Assembly (NCBI GenBank): GCA_026393095.1 | Contig: JAPLAV010000046.1 | Coordinates: 3,918-67,917, forward strand | Length of the DNA stretch: 64,000 nt | Direction: 5' to 3' | Source: Actinomycetota bacterium | GTDB lineage: Bacteria; Actinomycetota; Actinomycetes; S36-B12; UBA5976 | Shown: in pieces, positions 32,363-42,163 of the stretch | Position numbering within the stretch: position 1 is the first letter of the stretch | How the letters are laid out: each line of letters begins with the position of its first letter | The notes under the pieces: model-generated | Seen by the model: only the letters and a program-made list of their open reading frames with translations | Told to the model about the DNA's origin: nothing | Database searches by the model: none | Made by a program: the position numbers and the translations under genes

Positions 32363-33024
32363 GGTTTAACTACCGGTACTTCTGGTGTTGAAACATCATA
32401 AGTAGATCCAGCCATTCTTCGTAATACTTTCAAAACAGCACTTTTTTCTTCCGCCTTATCAACATTGCCCCACAAAACTTTGCGCCCATTTGTCATTATT
32501 AGCCACATTGAATTTGGATTATCAGCATTAGTCGAAACTATTTCTGCTTTCAACCAATCAGGAAAACTTTGCCAAACTAAAATACTTGATGCTCTTGATT
32601 GATCATCTGGTCCACTTACTAAAGGTAAATTCGCATCACCTGGTGCTGGAAGATACGGAAAACCTGTTACATCAACTAGAAATCTTCCTTCAGGAATATC
32701 TGTTATGGCAAGTGGTTTTCTTTCACTAATCTCAATCACTAATGTTGAGGGCCAGCCTCTTCTAACTTCTGCACGACCAATTTGAGAAATTGTTTTCAAT
32801 CTTTCAACGACAGTTGTTGTAGGAACCCTTAAAAGTTGTGTATTTAAGGAGACTTGAGCAGTATCCGAGATCAATTGCACAGGAACCTCATTGGCTCCCC
32901 TGATTTCAATGTTTTTAACAATGAGAAGGTTTGAATACCAACCAATGTAAAGAATTGTGGAAGTTATCGCGGCAACTACAACTACTGCGAAAATAATTCT
33001 TCGACGAATGTGACTTTTTATCAC
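32359..33024 (-). CDS. ftsQ: cell division protein FtsQ
   Basis: 221 aa with an N-terminal TM helix followed by a POTRA-like VKNIEIRGANEV region. Lies directly downstream of murC with a GTGA overlap. Confidence 0.85.
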   Translation of the reverse strand: MIKSHIRRRIIFAVVVVAAITSTILYIGWYSNLLIVKNIEIRGANEVPVQLISDTAQVSLNTQLLRVPTTTVVERLKTISQIGRAEVRRGWPSTLVIEISERKPLAITDIPEGRFLVDVTGFPYLPAPGDANLPLVSGPDDQSRASSILVWQSFPDWLKAEIVSTNADNPNSMWLIMTNGRKVLWGNVDKAEEKSAVLKVLRRMAGSTYDVSTPEVPVVKP

Positions 33025-34430
33025 GATTTCTGACGAGCTTCTAAAAGAGTTAAAACTTCAGGAGCTAATAATCCAATGTCTCCTGCACCCAGAGTCATGA
33101 TGATGTCATTTGGTTTGGCTCTATTTACAAGTTGTTGAGCTACTTTTGACCATGATGGTTCGAACACAACTTGATCTTTCGGCAGTGGCACAAGGGAGGC
33201 CATAGTTTGTCCACTTGCTCCAGGGATTGCTTCTTCTCCCGGTGCAAAAACTTCCAAGACCACAACTTGATCAGCTAAACCAAGTGCTTCGCCAAATTCT
33301 TTATTAAACAAAGCGGTTCGGTAATAGTGATGTGCTTGGAAAGCAACCACAATCTTTCCACTTTCAACGACATCTCGAGCAGCTTTAAGTGTGGCGGCAA
33401 TTTCAGTTGGATGATGTGCGTAATCGTCATAAACGCGTATGCCATCTGCACTACCTCTAAATTCAAATCTTCTTCTAGTGCCCGTGAATTTAGAAATTCC
33501 ATTTTTTAGATTATTAAAATCTTTACCTAAACCAAGACCAACACAAAGTGCAGCTGCTGCATTTAAAGCATTGTGTAATCCTAAGACTTTAAGTTCAATT
33601 CTGCCTAAGTTTTTCCCTTCAAAATTAACATCAAAAGAAGGACCAGGAAGTCCTAATTTTAGATTAGTAATTTTCAAATCACTATCAGCGTTGGTGCCAT
33701 AAGAAATGATTTTTACACCTTTATCTTTGGCCTTTAAGATTAAGTTTCTGCCACCTTCATCATCGGCACAAATAACTGCAAAGCCGTTTCTTTCTTTTGT
33801 CAGTTCACAAAACTCAACAAAAGCGGCTTCAATTTTGTCAAAAGTTTTCCAATGATCTAAGTGGTCTGGTTCCACATTTGTAACTACTGCAACTTTTGGT
33901 GATAAAAATAGGAATGAACCATCAGATTCATCTGCTTCAACAACAAAGTTTTTGCCTTCTCCTAAGTGTGCATTTGAACCAGTTTCAGAAAGTTCACTTC
34001 CAATAGTAAAAGAAGGATCCTCACCACAAGCTTGTAAAGCCACTGTCACCATCGATGTTGTGGTGGTTTTTCCGTGAGTTCCAGAAACTGCAATGGTTTC
34101 AAATTGTCTTGTGAGAACTCCCAATGCATCTGCTCTTCTTAATACTTTTAAATTCTTATCTCGAGCAGCTTTTAATTCAGGATTATTTTCTTTGATAGCA
34201 GTTGAATGAATTACAGTTTGGCAATCTTTTAAGTTTTCTGAGGAATGGCCTACAAAAACATTTACACCAATTTTGCGTAAAGCTTCCAGTCTTCTTGATT
34301 CTTTGGCATCAGTTCCACTAACTTCAACTCCTTGAGCAGAAAGCAATCTGGCAATACCAGACATACCTGCGCCACCTAAACCAAGAATATGAACTTTTCC
34401 TAAATCGGAAATCTCTTTATTTAATGTCAT
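33021..34430 (-). CDS. murC: UDP-N-acetylmuramate--L-alanine ligase
   Basis: 469 aa with HILGLGGAGMSGIA and the Mur ligase P-loop VSGTHGKTTTTSM. Lies in dcw order. Confidence 0.95.
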   Translation of the reverse strand: MTLNKEISDLGKVHILGLGGAGMSGIARLLSAQGVEVSGTDAKESRRLEALRKIGVNVFVGHSSENLKDCQTVIHSTAIKENNPELKAARDKNLKVLRRADALGVLTRQFETIAVSGTHGKTTTTSMVTVALQACGEDPSFTIGSELSETGSNAHLGEGKNFVVEADESDGSFLFLSPKVAVVTNVEPDHLDHWKTFDKIEAAFVEFCELTKERNGFAVICADDEGGRNLILKAKDKGVKIISYGTNADSDLKITNLKLGLPGPSFDVNFEGKNLGRIELKVLGLHNALNAAAALCVGLGLGKDFNNLKNGISKFTGTRRRFEFRGSADGIRVYDDYAHHPTEIAATLKAARDVVESGKIVVAFQAHHYYRTALFNKEFGEALGLADQVVVLEVFAPGEEAIPGASGQTMASLVPLPKDQVVFEPSWSKVAQQLVNRAKPNDIIMTLGAGDIGLLAPEVLTLLEARQKS

Positions 34431-34439
34431 TTGCAGACT

Positions 34440-35522
34440 CTATTTATGTGCACTTGCTAAGGCTAACGCGCTTTGCGCAACTTTCTTGTCAGCATCGCGC
34501 AAACCATGACGGCTTGCAGCCTGTGACATTTCATGCAACTTCGCTGGATTTGCCAGAAGTTCTTTGATTTGGCGAACTAATACTGCGGGTGAAACTTCAG
34601 CATCTGAAATTACAACTCCTCCCCCGTCTTTAACTAGTTCAGCCACGTTTTGACTTTGTTCACCATTGCCACTGGCAAAGGGAATATAAATTGCTGGCAT
34701 CGCTAAAACTGTTTGTTCTGCAATTGTCATAGCTCCTGCTCGAGAGATAACTAAATCTGCAGCTGCGTAAGCCATTTCCATTTTTTCAATATAGGAAACA
34801 GGGTGATAAAAACTAAACTTTTTGGTACTTTCATCAATCGTATTTTTGCTTCCGATTGCATGAAGAATCTGAATATTTGTTCCTGCTAATTCCTCCAGGG
34901 AACCAACGATTGCTTTATTAATAGAGGAAGCACCTTGAGATCCACCAAAAACTAACAAAGTTTGTTTGTTTGGATCTAGGCCAAAACTAACTCGGGCATT
35001 ACTTCTAGCAGATTCTTTGATTAGATTAGAAATTTCAGTTCTTAAAGGCATCCCAATAGTCTCTGCTCCTTTAATGGAGTTAGGAAACATTTGAAAGACT
35101 TCCTTAGCAAATTTGCTACCTACCCGGTTGGCTAAACCTGCTTTCTTATTGCCTTCATGAATTATTACTGGAATATTCAATTTCTTAGCTGCAAGATACA
35201 TAGGAAGTGAAACATAGGCACCAAAGCCAACTACACAATCTACTTTTCTATCTACTATTAATTGTTGAGCAATTCTTTTTGCCGCCAACAATCTAAATGG
35301 CAAAGATAATGTTGCAAAGCTAAAATTTCTAGGCAAAGGAGTTGCTGTAATTAATGCTAGTTCAATTCCTCTTTGAGGAATAATGTCTCTTTCTAGTCCT
35401 TTTGAGGTTCCCACAATAAAAACGTTTGCATTATTATCTATTTCTTTAATTGCTTTGGCACAAGCTATTGCAGGTTCGATATGACCGGCTGTTCCACCGG
35501 CTGCTAATGCAATAACACTCAT
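34440..35522 (-). CDS. murG: undecaprenyldiphospho-muramoylpentapeptide beta-N-acetylglucosaminyltransferase
   Basis: 360 aa with AAGGTAGHIEPA and LVFGGSQGA motifs. Lies in dcw order. Confidence 0.95.
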   Translation of the reverse strand: MSVIALAAGGTAGHIEPAIACAKAIKEIDNNANVFIVGTSKGLERDIIPQRGIELALITATPLPRNFSFATLSLPFRLLAAKRIAQQLIVDRKVDCVVGFGAYVSLPMYLAAKKLNIPVIIHEGNKKAGLANRVGSKFAKEVFQMFPNSIKGAETIGMPLRTEISNLIKESARSNARVSFGLDPNKQTLLVFGGSQGASSINKAIVGSLEELAGTNIQILHAIGSKNTIDESTKKFSFYHPVSYIEKMEMAYAAADLVISRAGAMTIAEQTVLAMPAIYIPFASGNGEQSQNVAELVKDGGGVVISDAEVSPAVLVRQIKELLANPAKLHEMSQAASRHGLRDADKKVAQSALALASAHK

Positions 35523-36712
35523 TTAACAGCTCTTTGAGATTTCTTCTTTTTCAATTCTGCTTTAACATTTGGTTCTGCCCGCAAAACAGCCATCAGCACT
35601 CCAATTGCACTCATTGTGAATACTAACGATGAACCTCCATACGAGACCAGTGGCAAAGGAACACCAGTTACAGGAAGTAATCCCAATACTGCACCTACGT
35701 TGATAATTGATTGCATCACTATCCAAGCCATTACCGATGTGGCTATTAGTTTTGTGAAAAGATCATTGGTTTTTCTGGCTAAAGTTAGAGCAACATAAGC
35801 AATTGTTCCAATTAGTGCCAACACAATTAATGTTCCGACTAAACCTAATTCTTCGCCAACAACAGCAAAAATAAAATCTGTGTGTGCTGCAGGTAACCAA
35901 CCCCATTTTTCTTTACTGGCGCCTAATCCAATTCCAGTCCATCCACCTGAAGCCAGTGCATATTTACCGTGAGTTACTTGCCAACCTGCATCTTGATTTT
36001 CAGCTGATGGATTAATCCAAGATAAGAATCTTTGAATTCGATAACTTTCTTGAATTGAAAGAATGAAAATTCCTAATAGTCCTGCCATGGCAGACCAAGT
36101 AAACAACTTCACTGGAGCACCAACTGCATAGAAGAGTGACAACAAAATAGGACCAAGAATCAATGCAGTTCCTAAGTCACCCTCAAAAATAACTAACACT
36201 GCAATGATTGCACCCACTGGAAATACTGGAACAAGAAGATTTTGCCAAGTTGTTATCTTTGATCTAATTTGCTTACTTAAAACAACTGATCCCCAAACAA
36301 TAAGGGTTAGTTTTGCAATTTCACTGGGTTGCAATCTAAATGGTCCCCATAAACTAATCCAGTTTCTTTGACCTGCCACAGATATTCCGATGCTTGGAAT
36401 TAGTACCAAAACTAACAAAATAATTGATATCCATAAGGCTACTTTTGCCCATCTAAAAAAGAATTTTTTTGGTAATCGTGAAATTGCCATCATGATAACT
36501 ATTCCAATACTTGCAAACATTAATTGACGAAGAAAAATAATGTATTGATTATTGAATTGTTTATAGGAAACTGTTGTTGAGGCAGAAAGGATCATGACCA
36601 TACCTATAAATAGCAAACCAAAGGTTGCAATTAATAAGGCGTAATAGAGCTTGGCTGAAATTTCTGCTTCAGGTTTTAAGTTATTTGCTTTAACTTGATT
36701 TTGGGTAACCAT
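35519..36712 (-). CDS. ftsW: lipid II flippase/peptidoglycan polymerase FtsW (SEDS family)
   Basis: 397 aa polytopic protein with QPSEIAKL, HTDFIFAVVGEELG and PLPLVSYGGSS motifs. Confidence 0.92.
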   Translation of the reverse strand: MVTQNQVKANNLKPEAEISAKLYYALLIATFGLLFIGMVMILSASTTVSYKQFNNQYIIFLRQLMFASIGIVIMMAISRLPKKFFFRWAKVALWISIILLVLVLIPSIGISVAGQRNWISLWGPFRLQPSEIAKLTLIVWGSVVLSKQIRSKITTWQNLLVPVFPVGAIIAVLVIFEGDLGTALILGPILLSLFYAVGAPVKLFTWSAMAGLLGIFILSIQESYRIQRFLSWINPSAENQDAGWQVTHGKYALASGGWTGIGLGASKEKWGWLPAAHTDFIFAVVGEELGLVGTLIVLALIGTIAYVALTLARKTNDLFTKLIATSVMAWIVMQSIINVGAVLGLLPVTGVPLPLVSYGGSSLVFTMSAIGVLMAVLRAEPNVKAELKKKKSQRAVK

Positions 36713-38151
36713 TACTTTTTCCCTTGAGTTTTCAACACTGCATCGGCAAATGCATTGCCACGATCTTTGTAATCCTTAAACATGTCCCATGAGGCGCAAC
36801 CTGGTGCTAACAAGACAGTGTCCCCTGGTTTTGCAAATTCACTTGCTGCCACAACAACTTCGGTCATTGCTTGCTCATCTGTTGTTTCAATTACTTTAAA
36901 AGGAATATTAGGAGCAACAGTTCTTAAGGTATTGGCAATCAATTCTTTATCAGCTCCTAGCAACACAGCAGCTCTAATGTTCTTAGAATTTTGTTTAATA
37001 AGATCTGCAAAGTCTTGTCCTTTTGCCTGTCCCCCAGCAATCCACACCACGTTGTCGTAAGCCATTAAAGACATTTGTGCGGCGTGACAATTGGTTGCTT
37101 TGGAATCATCAATGTAGGTAATTCCATTAAATTCACCAACTGTAGCAATTCGATGAGGTGCGGGAACAAAACTTCTTAAACCGTCTCTTACATGTGTTGC
37201 ATCAACACCATATGAACGAGCTAAAGCAGCCGCAGCTAAAGCGTTGGCAACATTGTGCGGTGCATTTGGCTGAATATCTTCAACTGAACATAGCTCTTGA
37301 GCATGTGTTTGACGCTCTTCCACAAATGCTCTGTCTACTAGAAAATCTTCAACTACTCCAAGCATTGATAATCCTGGGATTCCTAAAGTAAATCCAACTG
37401 CTCGAGCGCCTTCGACTACATTTGCGTCTTGCACCATTTTTTCTGTTGTTGCATCTTGCACGTTATAAATTGCAGCTTTTTGCACATTGGTATAAACCTT
37501 GGCTTTGGTATGGGAATAATTTTCATAAGTTCCAAAAAAATCAAGATGATCTTGGGCAAGGTTTAATACCACTGCAGAATGCGGAGACATTGATTTAACA
37601 AAAGGTAATTGTGGAGCACCCACCTCAATAGCAAAAACATCAGCAGGAATTGGATCCATCACAGCACTAACTAAGGAATCTCCAATATTTCCTACCGCTG
37701 GTGCTCTTAAACCTGCAGCAGTCAAAATGGATGAGAGCATCATTGATGTTGTGGTTTTGCCATTTGTACCAGTCACACATAACCATGGGGCAGGAAAATC
37801 AAGGGGTCTTAATCTCCAAGCTAATTCGAATTCTCCCCAGATTTCAATATTCTTTTTTTGTGCTTCATTAATAATTTCAGCATTTGGACGAACTCCTGGA
37901 GAAACTACAAGAAGATTTGTATTTGCTGGAATTTCGCCTTTGTAATCCAAATAAATTTGTGCACCTAATATTTCAAGAACTGTGCCATGTTCTTTTTGTC
38001 TTTCGCCATTACCGTTATCAATAACGGTTACTTTGGCTCCAACTTCAATAAGCGCATCAGCTGCAGCAAAACCGGCAACACCTAAACCAACAACACAAGC
38101 ATTGATTTTGGTCCAGTCACTTTGTCTGTTGTGTCTTGACCAATCGATCAT
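36712..38151 (-). CDS. murD: UDP-N-acetylmuramoylalanine--D-glutamate ligase
   Basis: GLGVAGFAAADAL and the P-loop VTGTNGKTTT. The track start at 38217 overlaps mraY by 70 nt. ATG 38151 forms an ATGA overlap with the mraY stop and is preferred. Confidence 0.93.
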   Translation of the reverse strand: MIDWSRHNRQSDWTKINACVVGLGVAGFAAADALIEVGAKVTVIDNGNGERQKEHGTVLEILGAQIYLDYKGEIPANTNLLVVSPGVRPNAEIINEAQKKNIEIWGEFELAWRLRPLDFPAPWLCVTGTNGKTTTSMMLSSILTAAGLRAPAVGNIGDSLVSAVMDPIPADVFAIEVGAPQLPFVKSMSPHSAVVLNLAQDHLDFFGTYENYSHTKAKVYTNVQKAAIYNVQDATTEKMVQDANVVEGARAVGFTLGIPGLSMLGVVEDFLVDRAFVEERQTHAQELCSVEDIQPNAPHNVANALAAAALARSYGVDATHVRDGLRSFVPAPHRIATVGEFNGITYIDDSKATNCHAAQMSLMAYDNVVWIAGGQAKGQDFADLIKQNSKNIRAAVLLGADKELIANTLRTVAPNIPFKVIETTDEQAMTEVVVAASEFAKPGDTVLLAPGCASWDMFKDYKDRGNAFADAVLKTQGKK

Positions 38152-39215
38152 GCCCTTACCCAACTTGCGTAAAACAAAGCCAATCCTCCGGCAACAAGTG
38201 CTCCATGAATTACCCAAAAGCGAACCACGATTTGAATTTCTGGCCAGCCCATCATTTCAAAATGATGATGAAGTGGTGCCATTTTGAAAACTCTTTTGCC
38301 AGTTAATTTGTAAGAACTTACTTGTAAAATCACCGAAACAGTTACTAGCACAAATAATCCTGCTAAAAATGCCATTAATAATTGTGTTCTTGTCATAATT
38401 GCTAATCCAGCAATTGCTCCACCAATAGCAAGTGAGCCGGTGTCACCCATGAATATTTGTGCAGGTGATGTGTTCCACCATAAGAAACCAATGCATGCTC
38501 CAGCTACAGATGCTGCAAATACTGCAAGATCGAGTGGATCTCGAACGTCATAACAAGTTGCATTTTGTTCAAATGAACAATTTTGGTTAAATTCAAAAAC
38601 TCCAATAAGAATATATGCACCAAGTGTTAATACTGCAGCACCTGCAGCTAAACCGTCTAAACCATCAGTCAAGTTAACCGCATTAGTTGCTGCAGTTACC
38701 AAAAACCAAACAAGAAGAATAAATAAAACTGTTGGTAAAACAATATTTGTATCTCTCACAAATGACAAAGCAGTAGATCCAGGAGTTCTTCCTAATTCAT
38801 CTGGATAACTTAGTGATTCATAACCAAATGCAAAGGCCACAAAGGCTTGACCAAGCAATTTAGTTCTAGCTCTAATACCGCGGCTGTTTTGTTTATAAAT
38901 CTTTAAGTAGTCATCGGCAAAACCAACTAAAGCTAAACCAAACATCAACCCAAGGGCCATAAGGGCTGAAAGTGTAGGTGGTCTCCATAAAATTAAATGT
39001 GCCATCGAATAACCAACAACAGCACCACCAAGAATTGCCAATCCACCCATTGATGGAGTTCCAACTTTTGCTTGATGTTCTGGATAATTAAAATTTCCAT
39101 CAGAAACTCTGATGGCTTGTGAACGTCCACGTCTTTTTAAGAACTTAATTAATAACGGTGTTGCAAAAAGTGAAAACAGCATAGAAAAAACACCAGCAAT
39201 GATGATCAGCCTCAC
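38148..39215 (-). CDS. mraY: phospho-N-acetylmuramoyl-pentapeptide transferase
   Basis: 355 aa polytopic protein with GTPSMGG, NAVNLTDGLDGLA, MGDTGSLAIGG and APLHHHFE motifs. Confidence 0.96.
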   Translation of the reverse strand: MRLIIIAGVFSMLFSLFATPLLIKFLKRRGRSQAIRVSDGNFNYPEHQAKVGTPSMGGLAILGGAVVGYSMAHLILWRPPTLSALMALGLMFGLALVGFADDYLKIYKQNSRGIRARTKLLGQAFVAFAFGYESLSYPDELGRTPGSTALSFVRDTNIVLPTVLFILLVWFLVTAATNAVNLTDGLDGLAAGAAVLTLGAYILIGVFEFNQNCSFEQNATCYDVRDPLDLAVFAASVAGACIGFLWWNTSPAQIFMGDTGSLAIGGAIAGLAIMTRTQLLMAFLAGLFVLVTVSVILQVSSYKLTGKRVFKMAPLHHHFEMMGWPEIQIVVRFWVIHGALVAGGLALFYASWVRA

Positions 39216-40657
39216 GGACCGACCTCCTGATTATTGGTGTTGGTTAAATTCTCGCTGAAATCACTGACTATTGCATTCGCGACTCGCTCCAGACCTATAG
39301 ATCTAGATGCTTTTACCAAAACTACATCGCTTGGTTGGATCATTTCTTTGGCTTTGGCTATGCCTTTTTCAACATTTTCCACAAAGTGCAATTTACCTTT
39401 ATAGCCATTATTCGATAGAAAATCATAAATAGATTTAGCACCACTACCAATAATTATGGTGTTTTGTATTTCAAGTTTTTGTATTAATTCAGCAACTTCC
39501 TGATGCATTGGTAATGAAAGCTCTCCTAGTTCAAGCATTTCACCTAAAATTGCATAAGTATTTTTCCCTACTCCAATTTGCTTAAGAGTTCTTATTGCTG
39601 ATTTCATTGATTCAGGATTAGCGTTATATGCGTCATTAATAACTGTGACATTCTTTTTGCTCACTTCAATTTGCATGCGCCACTTACTTTTTGCGACTGA
39701 ATTGGACAAGGTTTGAGCGACTAAATCAATGTCTATTCCTTTTTTCAAAAAAGCAGCTGCCGCAGCTAGCGAATTAGAAACCTGATGAGCTCCAACTATC
39801 TTTAACTTAACTTGACTAGTTTGTCCTAGATATTCAAGATCGTATTGAGCTTGTGCTTGATCATTGAGAATTACATTTTTTGCACTTACATCTGAGCCAC
39901 TCAAGCCAAAAGTTACAACTTGTGCATTAGTTTTTTGCTTTGGAAAAGTTACATCTTCATGATTTAAAATAGCTACATCAGCTGAAGTCAGGCATTGAAT
40001 AATCTCACTTTTGGTTTCTAAAATCTTTTCAACCGAGGTAAATATCCCTGCATGAGCGGTTCCAACATTTAAGAGTATTGATGTATCGGGCTTGGCTATT
40101 TCACATAAATGCTTAATATTGCCTGCTCTTCTTGCACCCATTTCTAAAACTAAAATTCTGGTATTTTCATCACATTCCAGAACTGTTTGAGGTAATCCAA
40201 TTTCGTTGTTGAAACTTCCAGTAGGAGCAACCGTTGGTCCAACAAGTTTTCCAAGATCTGCCAATAAATCTTTAGTTGTAGTTTTTCCTGAAGATCCTGT
40301 TACTGCAACCTTCCAAAGATTAGGCAATTTAGTCAGTAAATAGGTTGCTAGTTTGCCTAGGGCAATTACTGTTGGTTGATCAACATCTTTGGAATCTAAA
40401 TTCCCATTCGAGACCAACAATGTTGGAACACCGGTTATTTCTTTTGCAGCAATAACTGCCGCAGCGCCTTGCTTTATGGCTTCCGCACAGAAATCATGTC
40501 CATTTACATTTTCACCATTTATTGCAACAAATAAATCACCTTTACTTACTTTTCCAGAATCAATTACTACTTTTCCTGTGACTTTAACGTTTGAATCTAA
40601 GTTCTTTACTTGAGCAGATATAGCTTTTGCAATTTCTTCAATAGTCATTGGAATCAT
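39212..40657 (-). CDS. murF: UDP-N-acetylmuramoyl-tripeptide--D-alanyl-D-alanine ligase
   Basis: 481 aa with the P-loop VTGSSGKTTTKD and NDAYNANPESM. Lies in dcw order. Confidence 0.94.
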   Translation of the reverse strand: MIPMTIEEIAKAISAQVKNLDSNVKVTGKVVIDSGKVSKGDLFVAINGENVNGHDFCAEAIKQGAAAVIAAKEITGVPTLLVSNGNLDSKDVDQPTVIALGKLATYLLTKLPNLWKVAVTGSSGKTTTKDLLADLGKLVGPTVAPTGSFNNEIGLPQTVLECDENTRILVLEMGARRAGNIKHLCEIAKPDTSILLNVGTAHAGIFTSVEKILETKSEIIQCLTSADVAILNHEDVTFPKQKTNAQVVTFGLSGSDVSAKNVILNDQAQAQYDLEYLGQTSQVKLKIVGAHQVSNSLAAAAAFLKKGIDIDLVAQTLSNSVAKSKWRMQIEVSKKNVTVINDAYNANPESMKSAIRTLKQIGVGKNTYAILGEMLELGELSLPMHQEVAELIQKLEIQNTIIIGSGAKSIYDFLSNNGYKGKLHFVENVEKGIAKAKEMIQPSDVVLVKASRSIGLERVANAIVSDFSENLTNTNNQEVGP

Positions 40658-40660
40658 GTC

Positions 40661-42163
40661 TTAGTTTCCAAACTTTTCTTTTAAAGCAAGTTGCAAGTGT
40701 TTGGCGTCATCAAATTCAAGTATTTGGCCAGCGATTTCCTGGGTAGTCTCATGACCTTTACCTAAAACGGCGATTGTGTCATCTAGTGTTGCATGTTTTA
40801 CCGCTTCTTTAATTGCTTCTTCTCGACTTCCAATTTCTAAAGAATTTGTTTGATTTTTAACGCCACTTAATACCGCTTTCCTAATTTCAGCTGGATTTTC
40901 GTCTCTTGGGTTATCGTCGGTAATTATTAATTTGTCAGCAAACTTTTCTGCAGCTGAACCCATAAATGGTCTTTTCTCGGCATCTCGATTGCCGCCTGCT
41001 CCCAAAACCACAATCAATTTGCCATGAGTTTGTTTTTTCAAGGCACCTAAAACATTGTCAATTGCTTCTGGGGTGTGGGCATAATCAACAATTCCAAGTG
41101 CTGCTCCTGGCATAACTACTGGTTGCATTCTTCCTGGAATTTGAGTGTCTTTAATTCCTGCAATAAATTCTTTTAGATCTATGCCGATTTGATCTGCCAT
41201 GGCGATTACTAAAGCTGCGTTATAAGCATTAAATGCACCAGCAAAACTCAAAGTTACTTTATAAGGCTTTTTCCTAGGATCAATTAACTCAAAATAAACA
41301 TGTCCAAGAGCTGCGGTGATGTCACTGACTCGCCAGTCGTTGTGGACATCACCGCCCAGAGAAACAAAAGGAATTTGGACCTTATTGATTAATTTCTTGC
41401 CCCAACTATCTATGTCAGTAATTACTGATTTGGAACTAAATTCTTTGGTGAATAATCTTGCTTTTGACTCAAAGTAATTTTCCATAGTCTTATGGAAATC
41501 AAGATGATCTTGGCTTAAATTTGTGAAACCTGTGCAAACAAATTTTGTGCCATTGACTCGATCTAAATCAAGTGCGTGTGAAGAGACTTCCATTGAAACT
41601 GCTTGTGAACCTTTTTCTAAAGCTAAAGCAAGTAATGCTTGTAATTCTGGTGCCTCTGGAGTGGTTCTAGCACTTGGCAAATTAACCCCAGCAATAGAAA
41701 TTCCAGCAGTACCTAAAAGAGATGTTGGGATGCCACATTTTTCTAAACCTGCACGCATCAACCAGGCTGATGTGGTTTTACCGTTAGTTCCGGTTATTCC
41801 AAAAACTTTTAATGAGTGTGAAGGATTTCCAAAAACAAAACTTGAAATCTCACCTAAACTTTTACGAGGGTTTTCAATATTTACGATTGGTAAATCTTTA
41901 TTATTTATTAGCTTTTCACCTTGGGAATCTGTTAAAACTGCTACTGCCCCATTGGCTTTTGCTTCTGCAACAAAATTTGCGCCATGGTTTTTTTCACCAT
42001 TTAAGGCAACAAATAAGTCACCTGGTTCAACACTTTTTGTGTTATGAGTAATTCCAGTTATCTTTTGATCTGGATTTGAAGTTTGCAAATTGAATTTTTG
42101 CGCAAGTTCACCTAACGACACAGGTTTTACGCTGGGGCGGGCAAACTTCATATCAATCACCAC
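40661..42163 (-). CDS. murE: UDP-N-acetylmuramoyl-L-alanyl-D-glutamate--2,6-diaminopimelate ligase
   Basis: 500 aa with the P-loop ITGTNGKTT, VDYAHTPEA and the DNPR motif (ITDDNPRDE) typical of mesoDAP-adding MurE. The start is GTG 42163 or ATG 42151. Confidence 0.93.
   Translation of the reverse strand: MVIDMKFARPSVKPVSLGELAQKFNLQTSNPDQKITGITHNTKSVEPGDLFVALNGEKNHGANFVAEAKANGAVAVLTDSQGEKLINNKDLPIVNIENPRKSLGEISSFVFGNPSHSLKVFGITGTNGKTTSAWLMRAGLEKCGIPTSLLGTAGISIAGVNLPSARTTPEAPELQALLALALEKGSQAVSMEVSSHALDLDRVNGTKFVCTGFTNLSQDHLDFHKTMENYFESKARLFTKEFSSKSVITDIDSWGKKLINKVQIPFVSLGGDVHNDWRVSDITAALGHVYFELIDPRKKPYKVTLSFAGAFNAYNAALVIAMADQIGIDLKEFIAGIKDTQIPGRMQPVVMPGAALGIVDYAHTPEAIDNVLGALKKQTHGKLIVVLGAGGNRDAEKRPFMGSAAEKFADKLIITDDNPRDENPAEIRKAVLSGVKNQTNSLEIGSREEAIKEAVKHATLDDTIAVLGKGHETTQEIAGQILEFDDAKHLQLALKEKFGN

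Noticed and set aside
41523-42047. Long antisense ORFs inside well-supported genes: 174 aa in murE, 140 aa at 50781-51203 in dnaE2, 114 aa at 10126-10470 in hisB, 103 aa at 5486-5797 in trpE, 110 aa at 15749-16081 in dnaE, and others in the track.
   Set aside because: All lie opposite or out of frame to genes with strong motif support. They have low-complexity Ser/Thr/Pro-rich or Leu/Gln-rich compositions typical of shadow ORFs, and they lack start-site signals.
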